Below are positions 39,686 through 51,235 of a stretch of 63,863 bases of DNA, piece by piece. This DNA comes from Phoronis australis (Eukaryota > Animalia > Phoronida), in assembly GCA_002633005.1 (NCBI GenBank), contig NMRA01000741.1:106958-170820 (forward strand), written 5' to 3'. Under the pieces are notes generated by a model. The model worked only from the letters and a program-made list of their open reading frames with translations, made no database searches and was not told where the DNA came from. Position 1 is the stretch's first letter; each line of letters opens with the position of its first letter. The position numbers were made by a program, and so were the translations under genes.

Positions 39686-40965
39686 CAGGCCCGTAGCCAG
39701 GGGGTTCGACGCGGAAAATGTCCAGCCCCAGTCTATCCGTTAAAGATAACATATAGATGGACAACAATAACTACAACATTGTTGCAGCTATTAGTACTAC
39801 TAACTACAACGATGACTAAGTTTGTAGTAATTTTGAATTTGCTTCTGATTTAAAGCACTTCACGTAATCATAGGGTCCTACCCGGTTCCAGGGCCAACTT
39901 CGCCCGAGTGTTGTTTGCGCAGATGACAGGATCGTGCAGACGATTAGAGGGGGATTTACGTCATTCGTTGGCATTGAGCCTGCGTGGTTTGCTGCACAAT
40001 TATCGTCCATATTATCGTTGGCCAAATGGGTGAACGTCATGCCGTTAAATTACGTGCGTAAATTAACTCTTGTTAGAGGTGTAGGGTAATTACTTGCTGC
40101 GTAAAGTAATTATTTACGGCTTAACGCTACTTTACGTCGCAAATAATTACTTTACGCCCCAAAGAATTACTTTACGATGCATTTAATTTCTTTACGCCGT
40201 AATTAATTAATTACTAACTTTACGCCGGAACTAATTACTTTACGCCTCTAACAAGAATTATCTTACGCATGCAATTTAACGTTGTGACGTTCACCCATTT
40301 GGCCAACGATACACCATAGGGTAACAAGGGAGTTTAGAAGTAAATGTCTATAACTAGCTAACCTATAAAGCATCGAATGAGCTCCCAAAGTATAGTGCGG
40401 TGTGAATTCCTTATAGACAACCAAGAAACAAAACAGCAGAAAATATGTTTGTTATCTGCTATTTTGGTATACTTGCTAGCATAGTATGGTAAGGTGCAGC
40501 AGGCCCGTAGCCAGGGGGTGTTCGGAGGGTTCGATCGAACCACCCCCCCCGCGGAAATGTTCCAGCCCCGGCCTATCCGTTAAAGATGGGATAACAACAA
40601 CAAAATTGTTGCAGCTACTGGTACTACTAACTACAATGATAACTAAGTGAATGATACTTTTGAATTTAGTTCACGTAACCATCGGGCCGTACCCGGTCAA
40701 CTTCGCCCGAATGGTGCTTGATGACAGGATCGTGCAGGCGATTAGAGGACGAGGCTTTATGTTATTCATTGGTACTGAACGCGCGTGATGGCTACAACAT
40801 TGGGTAACACGGTAGTCTAGAAGTAAATGTCTATACCTAGATAGGCTACATTGCAGCGAGATTTCTCCCAAAAAGTAGTGCGTCTTGAAATAGATCAAGA
40901 AACAAAATAGCAGAGAGTAGGTTTTTCTGCTATTTTTATTGTGGCAGAGTACGGTAAAGTGCAGA
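39686..40965. repeat. Old, diverged tandem duplication (two units, each starting CAGGCCCGTAGCCAGGGGG)
   Basis: 39686-40499 and 40500-~40965 share ordered blocks (CTATCCGTTAAAGAT, TTGTTGCAGCTA, GATGACAGGATCGTGCAG, AGAAGTAAATGTCTATA). The first unit carries an extra MITE. Confidence 0.75.
40013..40311. mobile_element. MITE with long terminal inverted repeats and internal ~20-bp subrepeats
   Basis: Ends TATCGTTGGCCAAATGGGTGAACGTCA and TGACGTTCACCCATTTGGCCAACGATA are perfect reverse complements, and imperfect pairing extends to ~80 bp. Internal TAATTACTTTACG repeats. Confidence 0.85.
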
Positions 40966-40992
40966 CATTTTCAAATTTCCACTTTGGCTGTG

Positions 40993-42281
40993 GATTGGTG
41001 GATGATATGCGTGCGTGTACACGTGTGTGCTTTTCCATTCTTTTAAATTCAGAACACGGCTATGTCAATTAAAGAAGAATGCCACCCAAAAAACAACCTA
41101 TTTTGTATCTATTTAGATTGAGTAGTTCTGCTCGATAACGGCACGTTCGATTGCGTTACCTGACACCTGACGGCAGACGGAGGTGTTGAAATTATCCAAT
41201 GGCGTCATTGGTTTCACGCGGAGTCTGTTCAGCAGTTCACGAAACGGTTACTGGTGTCAGCTTATCGCTTGAATTCATCGTTTATCACCAATAAACCATC
41301 AAACTTCGATGTAAAACCCTTAAAACACACCCAGTTCTTATAAAAACGTGCTGTTTTATTTCGGTGTTACGGATTTATTGGTATTTGGACACACCGTAGC
41401 GTACAAAGTTCGGCAGGCCAATTTACCAAGGTCCGTAGCAGGAGCTTGGGGTCTGTTCGGAGATAAATTCGAAGTATTCTTCCGTGAAATACTGACAGGA
41501 GAACCTAGATCTGTGTTGTTTAGACTTGCGATTTTTTTAGTTCTGAACACACAGAATGCTTATCCCGGCCAGTGGTTCGGAACACTATCAGACCCGTCGC
41601 GGCGGGACTGACTCGTTATCCCGGCCAGTGGCTCGGAACCCGATCAGGACTGGCACGAACACAAACCAGCTTGAGTTGGAAACTAAACCTCCAATCACGA
41701 AAAGACTATAATAGTGAGCCAAGGAAATAATGTGCACGNGATTGGTGGATGATATGCGTGCGTGTACACGTGTGTGCGTTTCCATTCTTTTAAATTCAGA
41801 ACACGGCTATGTCAATTAAAGGAGAATGCCACCCAAAAAACAACCTATTTTGTATCTATTTAGATTGAGTAGTTCTACTCGATAACGGCACGTTCGATTG
41901 CGTTACCTGACACCTGACGGCAGACGGAGGTGTTGAAATTATCCAATGGCGTCATTGGTTTCACGCGGAGTCTGTTCAGCAGTTCACAAAACGGTTACTG
42001 GTGTCAGCTTATCGCTTGAATTCATCGTTTATCACCAATAAACCATCAAACTTCGATGTAAAACCCTTAAAACACACCGAGTTCTTATAAAAACGTGCTG
42101 TTTTATTTCGGTGTTACGGATTTATTGGTATTTGGACACACCGTAGCCTACAAAGTTCGGCAGGCCAATTTACCAAGGTCCGTAGCAGGAGCTTGGGGTC
42201 TGTTCGGAGATAAATTCGAAGTATTCTTCCGTGAAATACTGACAGGAGAACCTAGATCTGTGTTGTTTAGACTTGCGATTT
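40993..42281. repeat. Near-identical duplication at a single N (41739); probable second haplotype
   Basis: 40993-~41535 matches 41740-~42281, after which the two copies diverge. Confidence 0.85.
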
Positions 42282-43140
42282 TTAATTGTTTCACAACAGC
42301 TTTCTGTCAACAGCTTTCTGTCAGCAAACTCTGAATTAGCATGCGCTCACATGGCCTCGGTGCCCGGTAAATTACCTTTATTGCCGGCATCGAAAGCCGA
42401 TAACGAAGTGGCCATTGCCGGCTTCTCAACATTTGCACTCACGAATACTGCAAAGGCATTACAAATTGTATCTAATGAGACAGACTTCGTTTCAGTTTTA
42501 TATAAGCATTGTAGAGGGGTGGGAATAATTCATTTTGAAACAGAACGCAGAGTAAACGTCTACATGGCAACTCGCCGGCGCCAATCCCGACTTAGTCAAG
42601 AGCTCATACGTCGAAGACTTCACGGGTCGGATCGTAAGGTTTCACAGGCTATCAAATCGGACCAGAATACGCTGATCAAGAACTTGAATACTAGAGAGGC
42701 GCCGTGAACATGCACAGGCAACAGAACGTATGGATAGTTCTTTGGTAAGCCGGAAATTTTTAAAGAAATCATTGTCGACGAAAAGCCGGCCACAGACACG
42801 GAGATGTTTCACGGCCTCATACTAGCTATTAACAGCGCACCTTTCATTCTTCACTACGGCGACCCACTTCCTAAGCATTTCGGGCTCTCGAGGAAGTCGA
42901 AAAAAACTATATACCCGCTTTCTTCGCAGCTTCATAATTCGGACAAGCGGGAACGATGCACCGCAACATAGCGGCATTCACTCTGCAGACGAACCACTGA
43001 CGTCGCTGCGTCGTTTATTACCTTCCTCACAGGTTAATGCGACACCTCTCGGCAAGGTGAGGTCGACCGTATAAGAGGCGATGTGGATATAGACCGATTA
43101 AGAGGGAAAAAAGATTAATTAAATCGGGTGGCATTCTCCT
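41820..43140. mobile_element. Kolobok-like non-autonomous DNA transposon, copy 1 (internally deleted)
   Basis: TTAA|AGGAGAATGCCACCC ... GGGTGGCATTCTCCT|TAAA: 15-bp TIRs, TTAA target and AG..CT termini. Confidence 0.8.
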
Positions 43141-44927
43141 TAAAAGAATGGAAACGCACACACGGGTACACGCGCACGCATGTCAATCCACCAATCCACA
43201 ATTAAAGTGGACACTGGATAAACAACAATCATTTAACGATCACCTTCAATTTGAAATTTAAAAATGCCTGCACAGGCCCGTAGCCAGCACTGAGCGGGGG
43301 GTGGTTCAAAATTCTAGACTGGTGGACCTTTTATATTTTACAAACGTCGGCACTGTAGAGTTTTCGGTAAGGCCTTTGTCGCAGCTTAATTATGGGTGGG
43401 GATCTGTATACATAACGATAACTCTCAGCTCTATGTTCATGAGATGAGACAGATTTTGTAATACCAGAAATGAGTATGCCGTGACGGTTACTAGCAAAGG
43501 ACGGGACACAAATTCGGATGCGGTCCAGAAAGAGAACGTTCTCGCATTACCTCCTGCCAAAATTTCAAATCAGCCATGCTTAAATGAGTGATTACACCTT
43601 ATTACATACTCGGATGGAAATATAAAGTTTAAGCGGCGAATGACTTGGACAAAATTGTTTATCCGGTTGTATTTTTGCGTGTTATTTAAGTTGCTTACAT
43701 CCTGGAAATGGGAACAACCCACTATTTCGAAGGTTCACTATTCCGGAGGTTCACTGCTCACTAGAAACGGTGGTCAGATTTCGTGTGCATGCTAAATTGC
43801 CCGCATGTCTAAAGTGAGTACACACTTGCATTTTTAGAACGATATGAAGTCGCAATAGTGATGAATTATCAACCACGACGCATTCATCAAATCCACGTCA
43901 AGATCGCAACGCAACGCGACTGAAGAGTTTAAGGCCGCTGTGCTACAACCTCACCCAAGGAACCTCGTGCTCGGCCGGATAGAAACTAAATGTGGTTAGC
44001 AGTAGGCCACTACCTGGTTGTATTTTTGCGAGTTACATCGCTGGAGGTTTATTACTCCGAAGGTTCACTACTTCGAAATTATCAAAAATTTCGAATTCGG
44101 GTATAATTTTTATGCTTTTGCATGCAAAAATAAACGATACTTCGGTAATTAGATGAGCTGGGTGGTGTACATGTACCTATAGCGAAAACAACGTCCGGGT
44201 ATTACTGATTAAATGCACATACGAAATTGCCCGCATGTCTTACAAATACAGAAAAATGAGTACGTTCTTGCATTTTTAAAATCAGTCTAGTTCGGTAGCA
44301 GCCCTTCGTTCACACAAACTTCGTTGAAAACACGACTAAACTTTTTGTTGGAAAGCTTGATACAGAGTCGCTAGTACATGTAGTGACGAAAAGGACTCCT
44401 GTCTTCAGGTATGCAGCTATGTATCAAAACACTGAGAGGCGTAACAAACAAACAAATTAAAGCACTGGCTGTGCATGTCTTATCAGGCAATAAGTGGAAT
44501 GAACGTATACGAAGCTAAATAAACAGTGAAATACACGTGACAGCAGGTAGAGGGGCATACAGGAGGGGCAAAGAGTGTGAATATATCACACAGTAAGAAG
44601 CCCACAAGCCTATCGTAACAGATCCAACGTGCGGTACACACCTGTGAGCTGCTCATTCAACACAGCTTTTTTCGTGACTGATCAATCGCGATTCCAAGTG
44701 GGCTTTTGGAGTAGTGAACCTTCGGAATAATAACATGTAACCTTGGAAATCTTTTCCATCAAGTTCGTTGCTCGTATGACGCCTGAGAGGCTGTGCGCAA
44801 TTGGCATTGATTGACAAGAGAAGACTTTCTTCATTGACCAAAATTTTTAATCGGTCTAGACCTACTTTTCCCTAATAATATAAACATGCTCGTCGGAATT
44901 TTCTTAGTGCAAGAAAATACGATAGTT

Positions 44928-45061
44928 CATGGGCGGTGTAGCACTTAAAAATGAGGGGCTATAGCCTCACTGTGGTGCACCGCCCATAGACCATGGGGGG
45001 GCGCAGCACTGAAAAAAGTGGGGACTATATCCCCCCAATCCCCTATGGTGCGCCGTCCATG
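44928..45061. mobile_element. Small MITE dimer with CATGGGCGG-type ends
   Basis: Ends CATGGGCGG and CCGTCCATG, with TAGTT on both flanks. Two similar ~65-bp units in tandem. Confidence 0.55.
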
Positions 45062-45119
45062 TAGTTAAATGTCTGATTTTTTTTTTGCAACGACGGAGGA
45101 CTGCCTACAGAGAACTTAA

Positions 45120-46802
45120 AGGAGAATGCCACCCGATTTAATTAGTCTTTTTTGCCGTCTTAATCGATCTATATCCACATCGCCTCGTATACGGTCGACC
45201 TTAGCTTGCCAAGAGGTGTCGCGTTAACCTGTGAGGAAGGTGAGACACGACGGTAGCGACTTCAGTGGTTCATATGTAGAGAGAATGCCGCTACTGTTGC
45301 GGGACATCGTTCTCGCTTGTCCGAACTAAGCAGTTGCGAGAAAAGAGGGTATATAGTTTTTTTACTTCCTCGAGAGTCCGAAATGCTTAGGAAGTGGCTC
45401 ATGGGTGAAGAATGAAATGTACGCTGTAAATAGCAAGTATGAGGCCGTGAAACATCTTCGTGTCTGTGGCCTGCAGACGTCGACACTGCCTGACGAATGC
45501 CGGCTTACCAAATAACTCCATACGTTCCGTTGTCTGAGCTTGTAGTTCACGGTGCCTCTCTAGTATTTTGTCACCACTGTATTCCTGTTCGAATTGATAG
45601 CCCGTAAAACTTAACGATCCACCTGCGAAGTCGGGACTGATGAGCTCTAGCTCGTAGTAAGTCGGGATTGCAACTGAGTTGCCATGTTAGCGTTTATTAC
45701 TGACCCTAACCAATACTTATATAAAACTTAAACAAAGTCTGTCTCATTAGATGCAATCTGTAATGCCTTTGGAGTGTTCGTGAGTGCAAATGATTTGAGA
45801 AGCCAGCAATAATAAATCACTGCGTTACCGGCTTTAGGTGCAATAAAACTAATTCACGGGACACCGAGGCCGTGTGAGCTCATCCTAATTTAGTTTTTGC
45901 TGGCAGAAACTGTTGTGAAACAACTCGATTTCCATCCCACGGCCAGGTGTTAGGGGAATCTTTATTTACATTTACATTACTCAAAAAATGATTGTCAATG
46001 TACAACTTCTGCCCTGACGGTGCTGTGGCCAAAGCGGAACCTGAATTCGCGGTCCCCGACGAGTAAGTAGATTTGCAGTTTTTTCGTGGTTAATTCACCA
46101 ACATAATCAGGTGCACATTACTTTGGCTCAATAGTCGGTATGGTATTTTTTTGACTGAAAGTTTAGTTTCCACTGAACTTTGGCTTGTTTATGTTCGTGA
46201 TGTCTGATCAGTTTCCGAGGCACTGGCCGGGATAACACCGGAGTCAATCCGGCCGGCCGCGACGGGCCTAATCGGGCTCCGAGCCACTGTCCAGGATAAG
46301 CGTTTTGTGTTTAAGAACTCAAAAAATCACAAGTCAAACAACACAGATCTAGGTTCTCCTGTCTGTATCTCACGGAAAATACTTCGAAATTATCTCCGAA
46401 CAGACCCCTAATTCCTGCTACGGACCTTATTGGCCTGCCGAACTTTGTAGGCTACGGTGTGTCCAAATACCAATAAATCCATAAGAGCAAAATAAAACAA
46501 CACGTTTTTATAAGAACTCGGTGTGTTTTTAAGGGTTTTACATCGAAGATTTATTTATCGAAGATTTTATTATACGATTTATTGGTGTTAAACGATGAAT
46601 TCAAGCGATAAGTTGACACCCAGTAACCCGTGTTGTGAACTGCTGAACAGACTGCGTGTGAAACCGATGACGTCATTGGATAATTTCAACACCTGCGTCT
46701 GCCGTCAGGTGTCAGGTAACGCAACCGTACGTGTCGTTGTGGAGTAGAACTACTGGATCTAAATTGATACAAAGTAGGTTGCTTTTTGGGTGGCATGCTC
46801 TT
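45120..46802. mobile_element. Kolobok-like non-autonomous DNA transposon, copy 2 (~1.68 kb, inverted relative to copy 1)
   Basis: TTAA|AGGAGAATGCCACCC ... GGGTGGCATGCTCTT|TTAA. The internal sequence is the diverged reverse complement of 41069-43140. Confidence 0.85.
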
Positions 46803-47689
46803 TTAAATCCAATACACGCCGACTGTAAGTTCGCTATAGGCAGTCGTCCGTCGTTGCTCAAACAAAAACCTGAGTAAAACCCGACGAGCATGTTCACAGA
46901 ATTCAAAGGGAAAGTATGAGGTTTAGAAAACTTTGGTCAATGAAGAAAGTGTTCTCTTGTCAATCAGTGTCAATGGTACACAGCCTCGCACACGTCATAT
47001 GAGCAACAAATTTGATGGAAAAGGTTTCCAAAGTTACACGTCATTATTCCGAAGGTTCACTTCTCCGAAAGTCCACTACTCCGACGGTTCGATAACATCG
47101 AAAGTTCTAGAACTCCGCCGACAATTCATTACTCTGATTGTTTGCTAATGAGTCGGAACTGACATGAATAAAATATTGTATTTGTGTCCATCATGTAGTA
47201 ACCATTTAAAGGGTGTGCAAAAGTTGAACAGTCTTCAAATATTGGTTACATTGTTTACAAATGAGCTCAGTTTCAAACACGACGATCGTGATTTTTGCCT
47301 AATTAACGACTCAGTCAAGCAGGGACAACATCTGGGGCACGGGTCAGGGCTATGGTGACCAGCGGTGGTTTTAAATTTAAGAAGACTGAATGGAATTCTC
47401 TGACTTTATGAGGACTGATTGGGACAGGGTAGCCTTCTAACTAAATTTAGTTTCGACCGGCCGTGCGCGCGGTTAGGTCGGGAGAGGTTGAGGCGCAGCG
47501 GCCTTAAGCTAGCTCAGTCGCGCTGTGAAATGATGCGACCTTGACATGCATTTGATGAATGTAATGCGGCTGATAATTCATCAATATTCCTTATTCGTAT
47601 TCTTTTAAAAGGATAGTAAACCCTGTGATGATTTCCACAAATCTTCGTTCTGTCATCTGCTAGTGCATCACTGGCGTCAATCTTCCAAG

Positions 47690-48320
47690 TTAAAAGTATA
47701 CCAAAATCCGGTTTTGGCCTATTAACAGATACTAAAAGCGACTTTCCCATCCAGACCCTGAAATAAAATTATGCTCTGGCAGACTCTGAAAGCAGTTTTC
47801 TAATTTTCTTCAAAACTTTTGAAGGTTGTCGAGCCGTTACAGGGGCAAGCGTAACCTACGCTTTTAGCGAGTTATACGGCATCTATGGGAAAGGACCACC
47901 CACCATGGACCATAATGACCAATTCGTGAGATAGTGGGTATGAATTCTAAGTTGATTCCTGCTTTTATCTTTTAAGATTGACGCCAGTGATGCATCAGCA
48001 GGCGAGAAAGAACGAGAATTGGTTGAAATCACCAAAACAGGGCTTAGAATCCTTTTTAAGGAATTCATACACCCCATGTTATAGTTTGGACATTATGGTC
48101 CTTGGGTGGGTGGTCTTTTCCTACTGTTGCCGTGTAGTTCTCTAAAAACGTATGTCACGTTTGCCCGTTTAGCAAACTTTGAAATGAGTTTTCATTTTTT
48201 CAGCAAACTTTTGAGGGTTGTCAAGGGTTTCAGAGTATTATCTTGTTTCAGAGAACTGGACGGGAAAGTTATTTTAGTATCTGTCAATAGGCCAAATCCA
48301 GGTTTGGTATCCCTTTAAAA
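47690..48320. mobile_element. Nested fold-back: a MITE (~47886-48122) inside a larger imperfect inverted repeat
   Basis: Inner TIR GGGAAAGGACCACCCACCATGGACCATAATG / CATTATGGTCCTTGGGTGGGTGGTCTTTTCC. Outer arms GGCCTATTAACAGATACTAAAA / TTTTAGTATCTGTCAATAGGCC. Confidence 0.7.
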
Positions 48321-49586
48321 ATGCAAGAACATAATCATTTTGCCGTATTCGTGAGACATGCGGGCAGTTTTCATATGCGCTTGAAATCAATAATATCCGG
48401 GCGTTATTTTCGGTGTAAGTACCACCACTCAGTACATTAAACGCATAAACCGTTAAAGCTGGTTTATAGAGCATTCCCGTATGTGACGGGGGGTTGAAGA
48501 CTCACTCCTACTCTTCCCACACAATGCAAAAACCCCTATTGCATACATAACTCTTACCACGGAACTAAAACTTCAACCAAAAACAAGCATTCTTAACATG
48601 GACAATTTTCAGTGCGATTGACCGAAATGTACCTTTTCCGTATGTCACGTGATATATTCGCGGGTTTTATTGTCATTTTCCCCTGGTGATAGGAGCGGAC
48701 TACCGAATATATTGGTGATTTTACTGTGTTGGCTGTCGTGCTCATGCGAGCGGCTAGAACAAGCCCGCAATTCTGAGGTATATAAAACCAAATGGGATAT
48801 ATAGATACATCCACACTTTACAAGCACCTTATAATGACACATAAACGTGGCAAGCGGGCATGATACCGCCAGTGAGTGGTTGGCGTACACCTGATTTCGA
48901 TTCTATACCAAATTTTATGAACACTAGTCGAAAGTTTTTTTTAATCAAATACGTCATTTTTGATGTGCACAGTTGTATATGACTACTATGAATGTTTTTC
49001 GTCTATACTTATTTCGCATTCAGTAAAATACATTGCCTTGAAACTATGATTATCTACGGCGACAAAGTCACCTAAAATCTGGTCAAAGGAATTTTAAAAA
49101 TGCATCAGAACATATTTCATACGTATTTTAGATTAATTCTTCAGATTTTAATAAACAGGGTCATGCTTTTGGAAAAATTTCGGAAATAACGCACATGAGG
49201 ACACTTTTGTACGAGCTTGTTTTCGGAAATAACCGGATAAACCGAGCCAGGTAAACTTCCTAACTCCATTCATTGATAGACTGACAAACACTGTGCCGAA
49301 TTAATCACATACTCCATCATCTGTGAAGGTGTTTCGTTCCCTTTTTGATGTTTGCACGATTGCCTGAGTGCATATGCCCCAATAAAATGTGTTCGTGGTT
49401 TCTAATAACACGTACCAATTCCCACGCTTCGTACTCGTTGAGGAGAGAGGAAATAAAATCCTTAAAAACTCGTGNNNNNNNNNNNNNNNNNNNNNNNNNN
49501 NNNNNNNNNNNNNNNNNNNNNNNNNNNNNNNNNNNNNNNNNNNNNNNNNNNNNNNNNNNNNNNNNNNNNNNNNNNNNNNNNNNNNN

Positions 49587-49771
49587 TCCAGCAACAGTAG
49601 CGGCATTCTCTCTACATATGAACCACTGACGTCGCTAGCGTCGTTTCTCACCTTCCTCACAGGTTAACGCGACACCTCTTGGCAAGGTGAGGTCGACTGT
49701 ATACGAGGCGATGTGGATATAGACCGATTAAGACGGCAAAAAAGACTAATTAAATCGGGTGGCATTCTCCT
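49587..49771. mobile_element. Terminal fragment of a third copy of the Kolobok-like element (the rest is in the gap)
   Basis: Ends ...AATCGGGTGGCATTCTCCT|TTAA and matches 42960-43140. Confidence 0.85.
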
Positions 49772-50095
49772 TTAACACGGACGTGCGATTGACGGAAATG
49801 TACCTTTTCCGTATGTCACGTGATACATTCGCGGATTTTATTGTCATTTTCTCCTGGTGATAGGAGCGGACTGCCGAATATATTGGTGATTTTACTGTGT
49901 TGGCTGTCGTGCTCATGCGAGCGTCTAGAACAAGCCCGCAATTCTGAGGTATATAAAACCAAATGGGATATATAGATACATCCACACTTTACAAGCACCT
50001 TATGATGACATACAAACGTGGCAAGCGGGCATGATACCGCCAATGAGTGGTTGGTGTACACCTGATTTCGATTCTATACCAAATTTTATGAACAC

Positions 50096-50632
50096 AGATA
50101 CAAAGACTGGTGAAACAGGGGCAATTCCAGGCTATACTTTCCACCTTAAGTTAAGAGCCGTTGAGAGCAGTATGACCCTTTCGCCGGTGCCGGTCGTTTT
50201 TGGTTCGGATCGCCACCTTTTGTCCCCAACAGCAGCTGAAAACGCTAAAACATCCGCGTTTTGCAGTGGTAGGTCTACTCTCCAATGGAAACCTGGTCAC
50301 GGATTTACATATTACAATTTTGGGTCATACCTCTAGGAAAGTTTAATCTTGGCGAATAGCAAAATCGCGCATTTATATTTACATTGGCACATAAAAGGGT
50401 ACCACTTTGGCTTTATCAATCCGTAACGTGTTACTGGCTGGATGGTTTTTCCGAAACAGGACCCAAGCTTTAACTAACATTTTCTCTACTTTAGTTAGCG
50501 GTCCAAATCTTTCAAAGTACGCAAAAGTGAATAGTCTTTCAGTAAATGCAGCTAGTCCTTAGAGGACTGTTGGTTTTTACTGATAAAAACATTTACGTAT
50601 TCAATAAACATCTTGGAGTATTTCTTTAAACA
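50096..50632 (+). mobile_element. 537-bp insertion with a 5-bp TSD; probable solo LTR
   Basis: AACAC is duplicated at 50091-50095 and 50633-50637 and is single at the empty site near 48920. The insert ends in CA with AATAAA ~25 bp before the end. It starts AG rather than the canonical TG. Confidence 0.6.
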
Positions 50633-51235
50633 AACACTAGTCGAAAGTTTCTTTTAATCAAATACGTCATTTTTGATGTGCACAGTTGTATATGACTACT
50701 ATCAATATTTTTCTTCTATACTTATATCGCATTCAGTAAAATACATTGCCTTGAAACTATGATTATCTACGGTGACAAAGTCACCTAAAATCTGGTCAAA
50801 TGAATTTTAAAAATGCATTCAGAACATATTTCATACGTATTTTAGATTAATTCTTCAGATTTTAACAAACAATGTCATGCTTTTGGAAAAATTTCGGAAA
50901 TAACGCACATGAGGGCACTTTTGTACGAGCTTGTTTTCGTAAATAACCGGATAAACACGAGCCAGGTAAACTTCCTAACTCCATTCATTGATAGGCTGAC
51001 AAACACTGTGCCGAATTAATCACATACTCCATCATCTGTGAAGGTGTTTCGTTCCCTTTTTGATGTTTGCACGATTGCCTGAGTGCATATGCCCCAATAA
51101 AATGTGTTCGTGGTTTCTAATAACACGTACCAATTCCCACGCTTCGTACTCGTTGAGGAGAGAGGAAATAAAATCCTTAAAAACTCGTGCGCTTTGATCT
51201 AAAATCATTCTTACACGAACCGATCGCACAAGAAG

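Larger units (their letters stand above)
48593..51189. repeat. Duplicated segment across N gap 49475-49586 (probable two haplotypes)
   Basis: 48593-49474 matches 49772-51189 apart from a 542-bp extra block in the second copy. Confidence 0.85.

Noticed and set aside
42273-42707. 144-aa ORF inside the Kolobok-like element as a possible transposase
   Set aside because: No DDE or THAP motif is visible, and the ORF track shows no equivalent ORF in the inverted copy at 45120-46802.
45630-45675. CTGATGAG hammerhead-like core
   Set aside because: No downstream GAAA or closing stems; it lies inside a DNA transposon.
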